A DNA stretch of 63,674 bases, filler included. It is 5 parts of 5 records of this genome, joined end to end, with 100 filler letters (N's around TTAATTAATTAA, not from the genome) between each part and the next. Parts side by side here need not be neighbours in the genome. Positions count along the whole stretch, not along the records: positions 10,865 to 38,921 come from DRR723986_13886; positions 39,022 to 45,316 come from DRR723986_13902; 3 more parts are not named here. The stretch is one strand, 5' to 3'. Below the pieces are notes generated by a model. The model was not told the DNA's origin and did not search any database. It saw only the letters and a list, made by a program, of their open reading frames with translations. The first letter of the stretch is position 1. Each line of letters starts with the position of its first letter. This document shows positions 30,689-39,846 of the stretch, one piece after another. The position numbers and the translations under genes are program-made.

Positions 30689-31255
30689 TTAGTCACGTGC
30701 TTTCATTTTGGCTGAGCTGCCTTTTTTGAACGTTACTTTGCTGTTGCCACCTTCGCTGACAAGTGTGACGTCACGAGCGAGTTCATATTCAACTTCGCGT
30801 TCGCTAGGCCATGAGCGCAGTTTATCAACTGATTTGAGAATCAGAGGCTCTTCAGTTGTGTACTCACGTCCATTGAGCTTAAACTGGATGTGTGATTCTA
30901 CAACGGCTGAAGCAGGGTAAAAAGGAACGCCAGTATCCTGGTTGCTTGTAATCGTGATTTTTGATTCGTAGTTGCGGTCGTTAGTGGCGGTACCACTGTT
31001 GTTGCCGTTTTTGTCGCGCATTTTGAGTTCTTTACATTTGATTTTAACTTCTTTCTCGTTTGGTGCGGTATCAACCGGGTCATCACCATCCATAAAGTTA
31101 ACGCCGCCCATCGTAACGGTAACACCGTCGATAACGACTTCACACAATGTAGAACCTTCGCAGTCATAGTCACAAAGGTTTTGAGCATTAACGTTTGCGG
31201 CAAATGTGAGCATCAGCGCTGCAGCGCCTAATCCGCTCAGAATGTTTCGTAGCAT
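30689..31255 (-). CDS. Secreted hypothetical protein, paralog B (188 aa)
   Basis: Signal peptide ending VNA-Q; identical QNLCDYDCEGSTLCEV, PFYPASAVV and WPSER. Confidence 0.88.
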   Translation of the reverse strand: MLRNILSGLGAAALMLTFAANVNAQNLCDYDCEGSTLCEVVIDGVTVTMGGVNFMDGDDPVDTAPNEKEVKIKCKELKMRDKNGNNSGTATNDRNYESKITITSNQDTGVPFYPASAVVESHIQFKLNGREYTTEEPLILKSVDKLRSWPSEREVEYELARDVTLVSEGGNSKVTFKKGSSAKMKARD

Positions 31256-31972
31256 GTTAAAATTCCTGTAGAATTACAATTAGATTGTGGTTTCTGCCAG
31301 TTAAGGCAATAGAATATCAGAGGACAAAACCCATGTGTTGTAAGTTTTGTCCGTTGTGGACTGAATTATATTTAGGGCCGGCTACCTAAGGATAGCCGCT
31401 ATTGTAAGGCTCGCGCCGCCTAGGGTAAGACTCGCGCAGCCCAGACATTCTTGCGATGTAGGGTGCGAACGTGGTTCGGTCTGTGCTACAGCACAACGCA
31501 CACGATTAAGAATTGTACGTGTTAGGCGCAATGCAGCGGCAGCAACGAGTCATTAGTTGTTAGGTTAAAAAGCTAAACGTACGCTAAAGATCAAGACATT
31601 GAGCCCCGAATTTGAAATCAGGTTGTTTCGTATTGGCAGTTACGAATAAACAATGTACGTGACAATCGCTCACGGGCAGTAAGCTAGTCTTTATACTATA
31701 GTAAGTATGACAAAGTAAGTATAACAAATAGTGTTTGGCAGTTAACGGCTTGCAATATATGCCAAGGCAAACAGCAAAACAAGTGCTTTTTTAGGAGTTC
31801 ATTAAATTTTTGGAATCAAATAAATCTTATAACCATAAGGCAGATACGATCAGATGTTGCGCTTTCGTAATCCAGGCAGTCCATGCCAAGTCTGCTACAG
31901 AAAATGGCACGGCAGTCTGAGGAGCTGAATTTGGCAACGCGTTGTTGTGGCAGAGCCCCTGGAACCTGAGCT

Positions 31973-32782
31973 TCAGTTATTGGCTGCCGAAACTGAGTGC
32001 AACTTGCGGATGATAACGCGGACTTTGTTGCCCAAATGCAGTTTATGGTACAACCCGCCGTCACCGCTCTTATTGGAGTACGTCTGCCAGTTGACAATTT
32101 CAAAACCACACATCTGCGCCATCATGTTAAATGGTTTATGCGAATATTCGTTGCAGTGCCCCGGAACGTAGTCCGCGGTATATTTTTTACGGTGAATTCT
32201 AAGGCGAGCGAGCAAACGTTTAAAACGCAGATCCAGAGCTTCGATATTGGGAAACTCCAGCAAAGCCAGTCCACCATCAACCAGCAAATTGTTAATAGCG
32301 GTTAGAGCGAACTTGCCATCCTGTAAATGTTCGAGCACATGCCGCAATATCACAACGTCAAATTGTTTACCACTGGCATGATATTCCTGGAAGTCGGCAA
32401 CATCAACATCAATGTTAAGTTCTTTTTTTATGGATTCCGCCAGGAAAGCTGAGAGCTCAAGGCCCTGCACGCGATATCCCGCCTCGTGTGCACAAAACAG
32501 CAGGTGGCCATTGCCACAGCCAATATCCAGGATACGTGCAGGTGGTTCACAGAAACGACGGAGGAATTCAAAGCTGGCTGCCTGTGTGCGGTTGGTCTTG
32601 GACTTTTTGTCGAAGGGGTCGGGATACACATCTGCATATTTGCCCTGGTTGAGTCCGCCCTGCAGATCGTAGTTAACCAGTTCACACTTGCGGCAGCGCC
32701 AGAAACGAAATTGATCACGATCGCCCTGTGTGTAATACAGGTGCAGGTCATCAGCGCCACACAGACGGCAGGTTAATTCCAT
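31973..32782 (-). CDS. Class I SAM methyltransferase with N-terminal Zn-ribbon
   Basis: CRLC..CRKC, ILDIGCGNG, LRHVLEHL, EFPN; start taken at MELTC. Confidence 0.88.
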   Translation of the reverse strand: MELTCRLCGADDLHLYYTQGDRDQFRFWRCRKCELVNYDLQGGLNQGKYADVYPDPFDKKSKTNRTQAASFEFLRRFCEPPARILDIGCGNGHLLFCAHEAGYRVQGLELSAFLAESIKKELNIDVDVADFQEYHASGKQFDVVILRHVLEHLQDGKFALTAINNLLVDGGLALLEFPNIEALDLRFKRLLARLRIHRKKYTADYVPGHCNEYSHKPFNMMAQMCGFEIVNWQTYSNKSGDGGLYHKLHLGNKVRVIIRKLHSVSAANN

Positions 32783-33050
32783 ACAAACAGGCTCACTAAG
32801 AAAGGAGCATCGTTGCTTTGACAGCAATGATGGCGTTGAGAGTTTCACAGCTTGATCGCCGTTCGCGCAATCGACTGCGCGACACAAAATGCCAAATTCG
32901 AGGCGCATGGCAAAAAAACTAGGTAGCTCAGCAGTTATGCGATTTGTAATTTGTGGTGCTGTGGCACAGGTAATCATAGGCCACCGGCATTCAAACCAGT
33001 TCGATTCCGTGCATTCCGGAACGCACGCATCTATATTGCGAACGAGCTTC

Positions 33051-33974
33051 ATGGCAGAATTCTTAAGTCCGGTCCTGGATTTTTTTGGTCAATATCTGGG
33101 CGATGTGGCCGCGCTTAGCACCGCCTTGGCCTGGTCCGTCGCAGTCATTTATTTTCGGCTGGCGGGTTTCAGCGTCTCGCCGCTGCAGCTTAACATCTAC
33201 AAGAGTTCTGTGGCTTCCCTGATGTTTATTGCCTCACTGGCGATTGCCGGTGGGCCGTGGCTTCCGGAACTGCCAACGGAAGACTGGATCAAGTTGATTG
33301 TAAGCGCAGTCCTGGGAATCACGATAGGCGACCTGCTGTTTTTGATGTCGCTCAACCGCCTGGGCGCCGGCTTCCAGGCAATTGTGGACTGCCTCTACGC
33401 TCCTTTTGTGATCGTCATGGCTTTCATTTTCCTGGACGAAAGTTTGCCGGCAGCGGCCTTGTTTGGCGGCGGGCTTGTGGTTTCAGCGGTGCTTGTGGCG
33501 GCGCGTCTGGGATCGTCTTTGGCGGATGCGGATCGATCGCGCATCATCAGCGGCATCGTTATGGGAATTGCGGCACAGTTGTGCGTAGCGATCTCAATCA
33601 TCCTGATTCGCGATTTGGTGCGCAGCGAATCCCTCTTGTGGATTACGAGCTTCCGTTTTGTGGTTGGCTCTTTGCTTATGTTTCCAATTTTCCTGTGGCG
33701 TTCGGATCAGAGTCTTCTGAGTGTTTTCCGTCCGGGCCGCGCCTGGTTTCCGATGTTAATGGGAGCTGTTTTGGGCCCCTACCTTGCCACCATTTTTTGG
33801 CTGCTGGGCTTCCGTCACACCATGGCGGGCCGCGCGGGAATTTACAATCAGTTGGCAACGATTTTCATTATTGTCCTGGCGACTATTTTCCTGAGGGAGG
33901 AGCTCACCAAACGCAAAGTCCTGGCCGTAGTCCTGGGAATTGGCGGTGGGATAGTTGTGGCTCTCAGCGCCTGA
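33051..33974 (+). CDS. DMT/EamA family transporter
   Basis: About 10 hydrophobic segments in two repeats, FIFLDE and IFLREE motifs; start at MAEFL. Confidence 0.9.
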   Translation: MAEFLSPVLDFFGQYLGDVAALSTALAWSVAVIYFRLAGFSVSPLQLNIYKSSVASLMFIASLAIAGGPWLPELPTEDWIKLIVSAVLGITIGDLLFLMSLNRLGAGFQAIVDCLYAPFVIVMAFIFLDESLPAAALFGGGLVVSAVLVAARLGSSLADADRSRIISGIVMGIAAQLCVAISIILIRDLVRSESLLWITSFRFVVGSLLMFPIFLWRSDQSLLSVFRPGRAWFPMLMGAVLGPYLATIFWLLGFRHTMAGRAGIYNQLATIFIIVLATIFLREELTKRKVLAVVLGIGGGIVVALSA

Positions 33975-34038
33975 TTTGTCTGCAAGGCAGCGAGCCCTCA
34001 AATTCAGGGCGGATTCCGACTGTTTTGTTTTTGCGGAG

Positions 34039-34086
34039 CGCTTCGCCCCCGGACGGTGGCTTGCTGTTTCTTTTTGTTAGTGGTGG
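34039..34086. repeat. Terminus of the same degenerate element (copy 3, partial)
   Basis: CTTCGCCCCCGGACGGTGGCTTGCTGTTTCTTTTTGTTAG. Confidence 0.55.
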
Positions 34087-34641
34087 ATCCGGAATGTGAA
34101 TGTCTCTCAGTATGTGTCAAACCTGCTATTCAACAGCTCTAAAGTTGATTCAATTCCAGCCGTTCAGGCGGGAATAGCGGCACTTTACATTGCTACTGCT
34201 GCCGGTCAGCACGATCGGATATAAGCGCAAGGATTGTAATGCCTATACTTGTGTCAAGCCTGTCGGCGCAGATCCCGGGAAAGAGACACGACTGCTGCGC
34301 CGGAGTTGAGGGCTCAAAAAATTTGGGTATTCAACTTGAGTGTGAAGGTTTCAAAAATCTGCTGAGAGGCGGACGGCGTGGTGGTGCGCGGGTGTGTGGA
34401 TTTTTTGGCGAAGGCGGCGGCGGAATTTCCTTGGGAGGGTGGGCCCTCTGATTTCTGGTGGAAAGCGCCGCCGCAATACTTGAGACTCTGAGACTATGTC
34501 TCAAGTTCTGAGAAATTGAGACTCAAGCTCTTGAGACTGAATCGCCTCCAAAACTCCTGAACATCTACGCTCGTGAACCCCAGAGGCACAACTACCGGCA
34601 TGGGCCGATTAAAACTCGCGTAGAAACTGCAGCCAGCTAAC

Positions 34642-35691
34642 TTAACGTTTGGCCTTGGGACGGCGCACCAGTGTGTAGGTCGCAAACAAGTTTCCGTCAA
34701 GGTCCATGCCGTCGGCGTCCCAGCCCAACGCGGCACCCAGTGCGCGCGCAAATTTGCTGTCGTCGACATCGAAAGCCAAAACTTCAAAACCGGCTTGCTC
34801 AAACTGTTCACGGTCAAACGGTGAACGGCCGTCGGCCCAGGGAATGTATTTCTCATCGGGAGCCGCCTGCGCCGGGTGCAAATTGTATATCAGGAAGAGA
34901 CCTGAAGGCGCCAGGACGTCATGTACATGCTGTAGAAACACCGAATCCGAAACACCCAGATCGATCAAGGCACGTGGATCGGCCTCACGTTCCGGTTTGA
35001 TATAGCCGCGCTTGAGCGTGTTTTTGGCAGTGAACAGGTCCAGATTTTTGCTCAGACCGGCAACGATCTTTGCATCTGAAGGATAGGAGCCAAAGTGTAG
35101 CTTTACACTGCCGCGCTCACCGCGTTTGACATGCGTGCCGCGCGCCATGGTTCCCTGGTCCTCTGCGTAGTTGTAGAGTAGCTTCAGCAGTGGGTCAACT
35201 TCTATGCCGCTGACCTGCGCACCGCTGCGCGCCATCAACTTGAGTTGCCCAATCGAACCAAAACCGAAGTCGGCAACGCTGGAGTTTTCAAGGGGACCAA
35301 AGCCCGAGATAGCTGCAAGGTCTACCAAACGCACATATGCCAAAGGTGAACCGTAACGGGTATTAAAGTAGAAATCGGCATCGAGTTCTTTGCGCTCATA
35401 ACCTGCCTGTGCCTCACTGTCCAAGGCGCGATACGCACGTGGGCTGATTACATCTTTACCCTGGTCTCGATACCAGATAGTACGGGGCTCAGCGATCGGT
35501 TTGAGGGCATGTGTTGCCGACAAAAAGGTCTTGGCTACTTTGGTGGAAACAAGAAATTGCAGCCCAACCGCCTGGCGCTGCATACGCATATACACAGTCG
35601 AATCGGCTTGTGCCAGCATTTGCTTTTCCGGCACAGAGACAAACAAGAAAATCAAGGCAAGAAACACAAACAGCGGGCTCTTATTCAACAT
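34642..35691 (-). CDS. Exported hypothetical protein with methyltransferase-like Rossmann region
   Basis: Signal-like MLNKSPLFVFLALIFLF; VADFGFGSIG..GIEVD; LAPSGLFLIY. Confidence 0.75.
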   Translation of the reverse strand: MLNKSPLFVFLALIFLFVSVPEKQMLAQADSTVYMRMQRQAVGLQFLVSTKVAKTFLSATHALKPIAEPRTIWYRDQGKDVISPRAYRALDSEAQAGYERKELDADFYFNTRYGSPLAYVRLVDLAAISGFGPLENSSVADFGFGSIGQLKLMARSGAQVSGIEVDPLLKLLYNYAEDQGTMARGTHVKRGERGSVKLHFGSYPSDAKIVAGLSKNLDLFTAKNTLKRGYIKPEREADPRALIDLGVSDSVFLQHVHDVLAPSGLFLIYNLHPAQAAPDEKYIPWADGRSPFDREQFEQAGFEVLAFDVDDSKFARALGAALGWDADGMDLDGNLFATYTLVRRPKAKR

Positions 35692-36042
35692 ATGAGTACC
35701 ATTCCTACAAATACAAGTCCCGCAGTAGCACGTCAAAGCACGGCCCGGGATTAGCTGTAAACGAGCTGACAATATGTCAAAAAAAACTGCAGCTAAAGCT
35801 TTTGCCATAAGGTAAAACGAAGCAGGCAGCGAAAGGGTGTATCCTCTCGATGCCGTGCGCAATGTTGCGTGGTACACGATCCAAATGCTGGGACAATTGA
35901 ACTTCAATCCATGGAATTGACCGCCCCACAGGCCATTTGTGAATAAACTTTTGTAAAATCTGCGAGTGGGTTGCTACATTTCAAAAACAATTCACTATTG
36001 TTGTTTTTACCGCAAAAAGATGAACACAAACAGGAGAAAGAC

Positions 36043-36447
36043 ATGAGCACTTCATCGCAGGCTCCCTGGACAATTCTCGACATGAACTTTTTCAGCATTT
36101 ATGTGGACGACGTACACGCCGCCCTTGATTTCTATTCAAAACTTTTTGGTGATCCCGGCTATCGCGAAGGAGCGATTCGTGGTTGGAAAATGGGCGCAAC
36201 GTACTTCACATTGATTCCCGCTTCTGAGGGCAACGCTCCCGGACGCAACCCACGCAATTGTGAGATCGCAATACAAGTTTCCAGGCCGGAAGAAGTTGAT
36301 GCCTTGTACCAGGCCTTTGTTGATGCCGGCGCTGAGGCAGGCTGGCAACCTGAGAATACGGAGATGTACCTGCCGATGCGTTACAGTTATGTTAATGATC
36401 CCTTTGGCGTGCGATTTGACGTTTACTGTTTAATCAACAAGGATTGA
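36043..36447 (+). CDS. VOC family protein
   Basis: IYVDDVHAALDFYSKLFG, EVDALY, DPFGVRFDV; RBS AGGAG. Confidence 0.88.
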   Translation: MSTSSQAPWTILDMNFFSIYVDDVHAALDFYSKLFGDPGYREGAIRGWKMGATYFTLIPASEGNAPGRNPRNCEIAIQVSRPEEVDALYQAFVDAGAEAGWQPENTEMYLPMRYSYVNDPFGVRFDVYCLINKD

Positions 36448-36524
36448 TATAGGCCGCAGACCTTCAAGCCCCCAACGGGTGCACACAAGCTTAGCGTTAA
36501 CGTTTACACAGCAAAAAAGCACTC

Positions 36525-37568
36525 TCAGACTGTTTCGCTCTTCTTTGCCAAATCACCGAGTGGAGAGCGTTTGGAGCATTTACGAATCTTGTAATGCAGC
36601 TTAAAAATGTCCACCTTACCAATGCGGACGGCATGATCCGTACGCACATAATCATCCTTTATGTAAAGATGAAATTCTTCGCGCAGCCATGGCAGGTACA
36701 CGACATCCCAACCGTCGCTCGTTTCGACCAGGCGATAGAATCCAACGTCGCCGAACTTCTTACCAGAAGAAATCAACTTAAAAGAACCGTCGGGCTGAGC
36801 CTCGGGCCGCAGGAACACAACGATGCTTCCGCGTGGAACGGGAAAGCTGACTTTAACACATGGGCCGCCATACCCGGGTGCCGCAGCAGCCGAATACAAT
36901 CCGGCATATAAAACCCGGTCATCAATTTCGCGGCGGCGCAGCCAGCCAGTGTAACGGTGCCGTCCTGAGCCGCGCTCAAACATGGGCAAGACTTCGCTGC
37001 TCATGCCTTTGGAGAGCTCCATGGCGGACAGCGGAAAGTTAAACTGATCAATGCTGTGGCTCACAAAGTGCGTCAGGCACCAGAGGCCGAAACTCAATCC
37101 CAGGCGCGTTTCACTCCAGGCATCCAGTTCATGGAAGGACGTGCGTTCGTAAAACTCGCGAATGGGCGCAGCTACGGCATCTGGGTCGAAGTCTGGACCA
37201 CGCAAGTCTTCGAAGCTACTCAGCAAGCCGCAGGCAGCATCGGGACGGATTTCCAGGTCTTCTTTCTCAGCGAGGTAGGTATAAAACTGTGGGCCGATTT
37301 CTTCTTCGGGCCCCATCGGGCATTCCAGCCAGGATGCATCTTTGAGGTGAACGTGACGGCCTAAAACCGAAGCACCAAAATCAACGCAGGCGGAGGCAAA
37401 TCGTGCAGCAAGGCGCTGCATAAGTGTAGCAGATTGAGCAGGCATAACACCACCATCGTAAATATTCACGGACTTTAAGAGCCTGACAAGCGCCGTACAT
37501 CCGATGGCCTGACCACCAGCGACGACGGGTCCTTCGCTTGCCGCCGCTGATGGAGTAAACTTACGCAT
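36525..37568 (-). CDS. Hypothetical protein
   Basis: Long ORF coupled to the upstream VOC gene by TAATG; alternative start at 37445; globular composition (PIREFYERTS, VSFPVPRG). Confidence 0.75.
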   Translation of the reverse strand: MRKFTPSAAASEGPVVAGGQAIGCTALVRLLKSVNIYDGGVMPAQSATLMQRLAARFASACVDFGASVLGRHVHLKDASWLECPMGPEEEIGPQFYTYLAEKEDLEIRPDAACGLLSSFEDLRGPDFDPDAVAAPIREFYERTSFHELDAWSETRLGLSFGLWCLTHFVSHSIDQFNFPLSAMELSKGMSSEVLPMFERGSGRHRYTGWLRRREIDDRVLYAGLYSAAAAPGYGGPCVKVSFPVPRGSIVVFLRPEAQPDGSFKLISSGKKFGDVGFYRLVETSDGWDVVYLPWLREEFHLYIKDDYVRTDHAVRIGKVDIFKLHYKIRKCSKRSPLGDLAKKSETV

Positions 37569-37924
37569 TAATCTTGATTATGTTGCCACAAGCCAAGCAA
37601 ATTTCCTTCGGGATCTTTGAACCACGCAAAGCGCCCCTGCTCGGGCACCTCAACGGGGCCAATCACAGTCGTTCCGCCGGATTCCTCGATACTCTTGAGG
37701 GTACCTTCGAGCGAGTCGACGGACATATAGATCATAACGTAATTATGCGGCTCATGCCCCAGCGCCGTGATTGCGCCCTGGATCCCTTCATCAGTTCCCG
37801 TCGAAACGGCATTGCTGTAAGGGCCGGATGGCATGGTACTCCAGCCGAAAGTTTTGCAGTAAAACTCGGACATTTTGGCTTTGTCTTTGACGCCGATATC
37901 AAAGTGCTGAACAGGGCTATTCAT
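37568..37924 (-). CDS. VOC family protein
   Basis: PVQHFDIG, GIQGAI, AWFKDPEGNLLGLWQ. Confidence 0.92.
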   Translation of the reverse strand: MNSPVQHFDIGVKDKAKMSEFYCKTFGWSTMPSGPYSNAVSTGTDEGIQGAITALGHEPHNYVMIYMSVDSLEGTLKSIEESGGTTVIGPVEVPEQGRFAWFKDPEGNLLGLWQHNQD

Positions 37925-38098
37925 GGTCTGGTCCTGAATGTTTGGATTAGAGTGATGTATCACAAAAAATTAGCAGCAGGCCGATTACATTTGCATGCAT
38001 TTGGGAATATTGCCACTTTTTGAATTAGTAGCAGACACCAATCTGGTGTAATTGTAACAGCAGATACTACGGCCATAGGCGTTGCAGAGGGCAGCAAA

Positions 38099-38698
38099 AT
38101 GACCAGAAGAGTTGAGATTGTAGATTACCGGCTGGAATGGCCACAGGAGTTTGCGCAGATCGCCGCACAGCTTCGCAAGATTTTCGGGCCGAAAGCTTTG
38201 CGGATTAATCATATCGGCTCGACGTCGGTGCCGGGCCTTGCGGCAAAGGACATTATCGACATTCAGGTAAGCGTTGCTGAGCTGGAAGGTATAGATGCAC
38301 TGGTGCCTGCTTTGCAAGAGCTGGGAATTGAATATGCTCCTGAAATTTCAGACGATTCGATTCCGCGTGGCCTTGCCCAGGACGATCCATTAAACAATCA
38401 ATCTGAATGGACCAAGGCATATTTCCGGCGGCGTGGCACCCAGCAGAATATTAACATGCACGTACGCGTTTTGGGACGCGCCAACCAGCGTATGGCACTC
38501 CTGTTTCGCGACTATATGCGTAACAATGCCAGGGCGGCAGCGGCCTATGAGCAGCTGAAACGTACTATTGCCCAATTTCACCCAGATTCAATGGAAGAGT
38601 ATGTTGATATCAAAGATCCCTCAATCGCCATAATATTCATTGCTGCAGAAATGTGGGCTGAACAAACAAGCTGGCAGCTGCCGGAGAGTGACGCCTAG
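38099..38698 (+). CDS. GrpB family nucleotidyltransferase-fold protein
   Basis: HIGSTSVPGLAAKDIIDIQV, NMHVR, LLFRDYMR, YEQLK. Confidence 0.92.
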   Translation: MTRRVEIVDYRLEWPQEFAQIAAQLRKIFGPKALRINHIGSTSVPGLAAKDIIDIQVSVAELEGIDALVPALQELGIEYAPEISDDSIPRGLAQDDPLNNQSEWTKAYFRRRGTQQNINMHVRVLGRANQRMALLFRDYMRNNARAAAAYEQLKRTIAQFHPDSMEEYVDIKDPSIAIIFIAAEMWAEQTSWQLPESDA

Positions 38699-38719
38699 AT
38701 TCGGAGCATTGTTAACATT

Positions 38720-38810
38720 TACAAAGTTTGGGACTATAAACACAACAACAAACAAAAAGAAAAAACAAGCGATGTGAGCAGACCGTTAGGGATGGGAGCA
38801 GGGCGAAGTG
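38720..38810. repeat. Terminus of the same degenerate element (copy 4, partial)
   Basis: ACAAACAAAAAGAAAAAACAAGC..AGGGCGAAGTG, like 11431-11483. Confidence 0.6.
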
Positions 38811-38921
38811 CTCATGAACGGGCAGTATTAAGGTGTTAACGGGCAGTAAAACTAGTTAAACGGAAAGTTGAAAATTTTGGACGGACTCCTATGTGAAATC
38901 AAATGGGCCCTCCCCCGCCGC

Positions 38922-39021
38922 NNNNNNNNNNNNNNNNNNNNNNNNNNNNNNNNNNNNNNNNNNNNTTAATTAATTAANNNNNNNNNNNNNNNNNNNNNNN
39001 NNNNNNNNNNNNNNNNNNNNN
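38922..39021. other. Artificial contig spacer
   Basis: N-run, TTAATTAATTAA, N-run. Confidence 0.99.
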
Positions 39022-39835
39022 GCAGAAAAGCGGGCGTCATACTCTCGCCATTCTCGTCGTAATAATTACCGTCGTCATAAAGAAAGGCGTAATGGGTTCT
39101 GGCACTGCGTTCCAGAGACAGGGCTTCGATGCGGGTCTTCCCAGTGCTTTCGGTGGCCGTCATTTCGTGGCCAACAATGACGGAGAACCGATCGCCGGCC
39201 CGTAGATCCCTGCGGAAATTGAGTTGGCTTCCCAGAAGCTGGTCGATGAGAAGGATCTGCGCCTGCGTTACGCCCGCTTGCATAGCTGAGGCGTAAAAAC
39301 TGCCATTGATGGTGCCCCTGAGTACCTCGGAGACCCAAAACGTTTCTTCCTCAAAGGCCTGATGCACGAAGGCGCCATCGGGTTGGCGCGAGTAGGTCAC
39401 GTGGCGCGCCGGGTCGAGAAACAGAATCAGTTCTGAAAACTGCCCTTGCTCATTGAAGTGCAGACCGAGTCGGGTTCCGGGCTTCAGGGTTTCCAGATGC
39501 AGATACTCGGCGTCTGCTGCCAGAACCTCCTGGAGGTCCTCCAAAGGCGCGTTGTTTGCGCGGAAAATCCGGCTTAACGTGTCTCCAGTTTCCACACGCC
39601 AATCAACGGTTTTCCCCTCAGCGCGCTCCGCCGCCTGCCGGTCTTCCGTGCCGGCGGGTTCAACGGCCTCTGCCGGAGCTGAAGCTGTTTGGTTCCCGAG
39701 CTCCGGCGTTTCCGATGGCACAGCGGCCATTGCCGGCGACGATTTGAGTGGCAACAGGTTTGCCGTCAACAGAATGGCGGCCGCCAGGGCAAGCGCAATT
39801 TTCTGGAGGGTTGAAAACATTGAGAAGATCTTCAT
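39022..39835 (-). CDS. MepM/ShyB-like M23 peptidoglycan endopeptidase, N-terminal part (truncated)
   Basis: TM, LysM-like VETGDTLSRIF, GTINGSFYASA, LNFRRDLRAGDRFSV, YYDENGES; the catalytic domain lies beyond the gap. Confidence 0.85.
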
Positions 39836-39846
39836 TTTCTGAGTCT

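Noticed and set aside
21951-38698. Integron cassette array (VOC, DinB, GrpB-type genes plus repeats)
   Set aside because: Genes are in mixed orientations, no RYYYAAC..GTTRRRY attC follows the stop codons, and there is no integrase
10865-38921. CRISPR array or prophage/circular element
   Set aside because: No regularly spaced identical repeats, no cas, phage or replication genes, and the similar contig ends are too divergent to be an overlap
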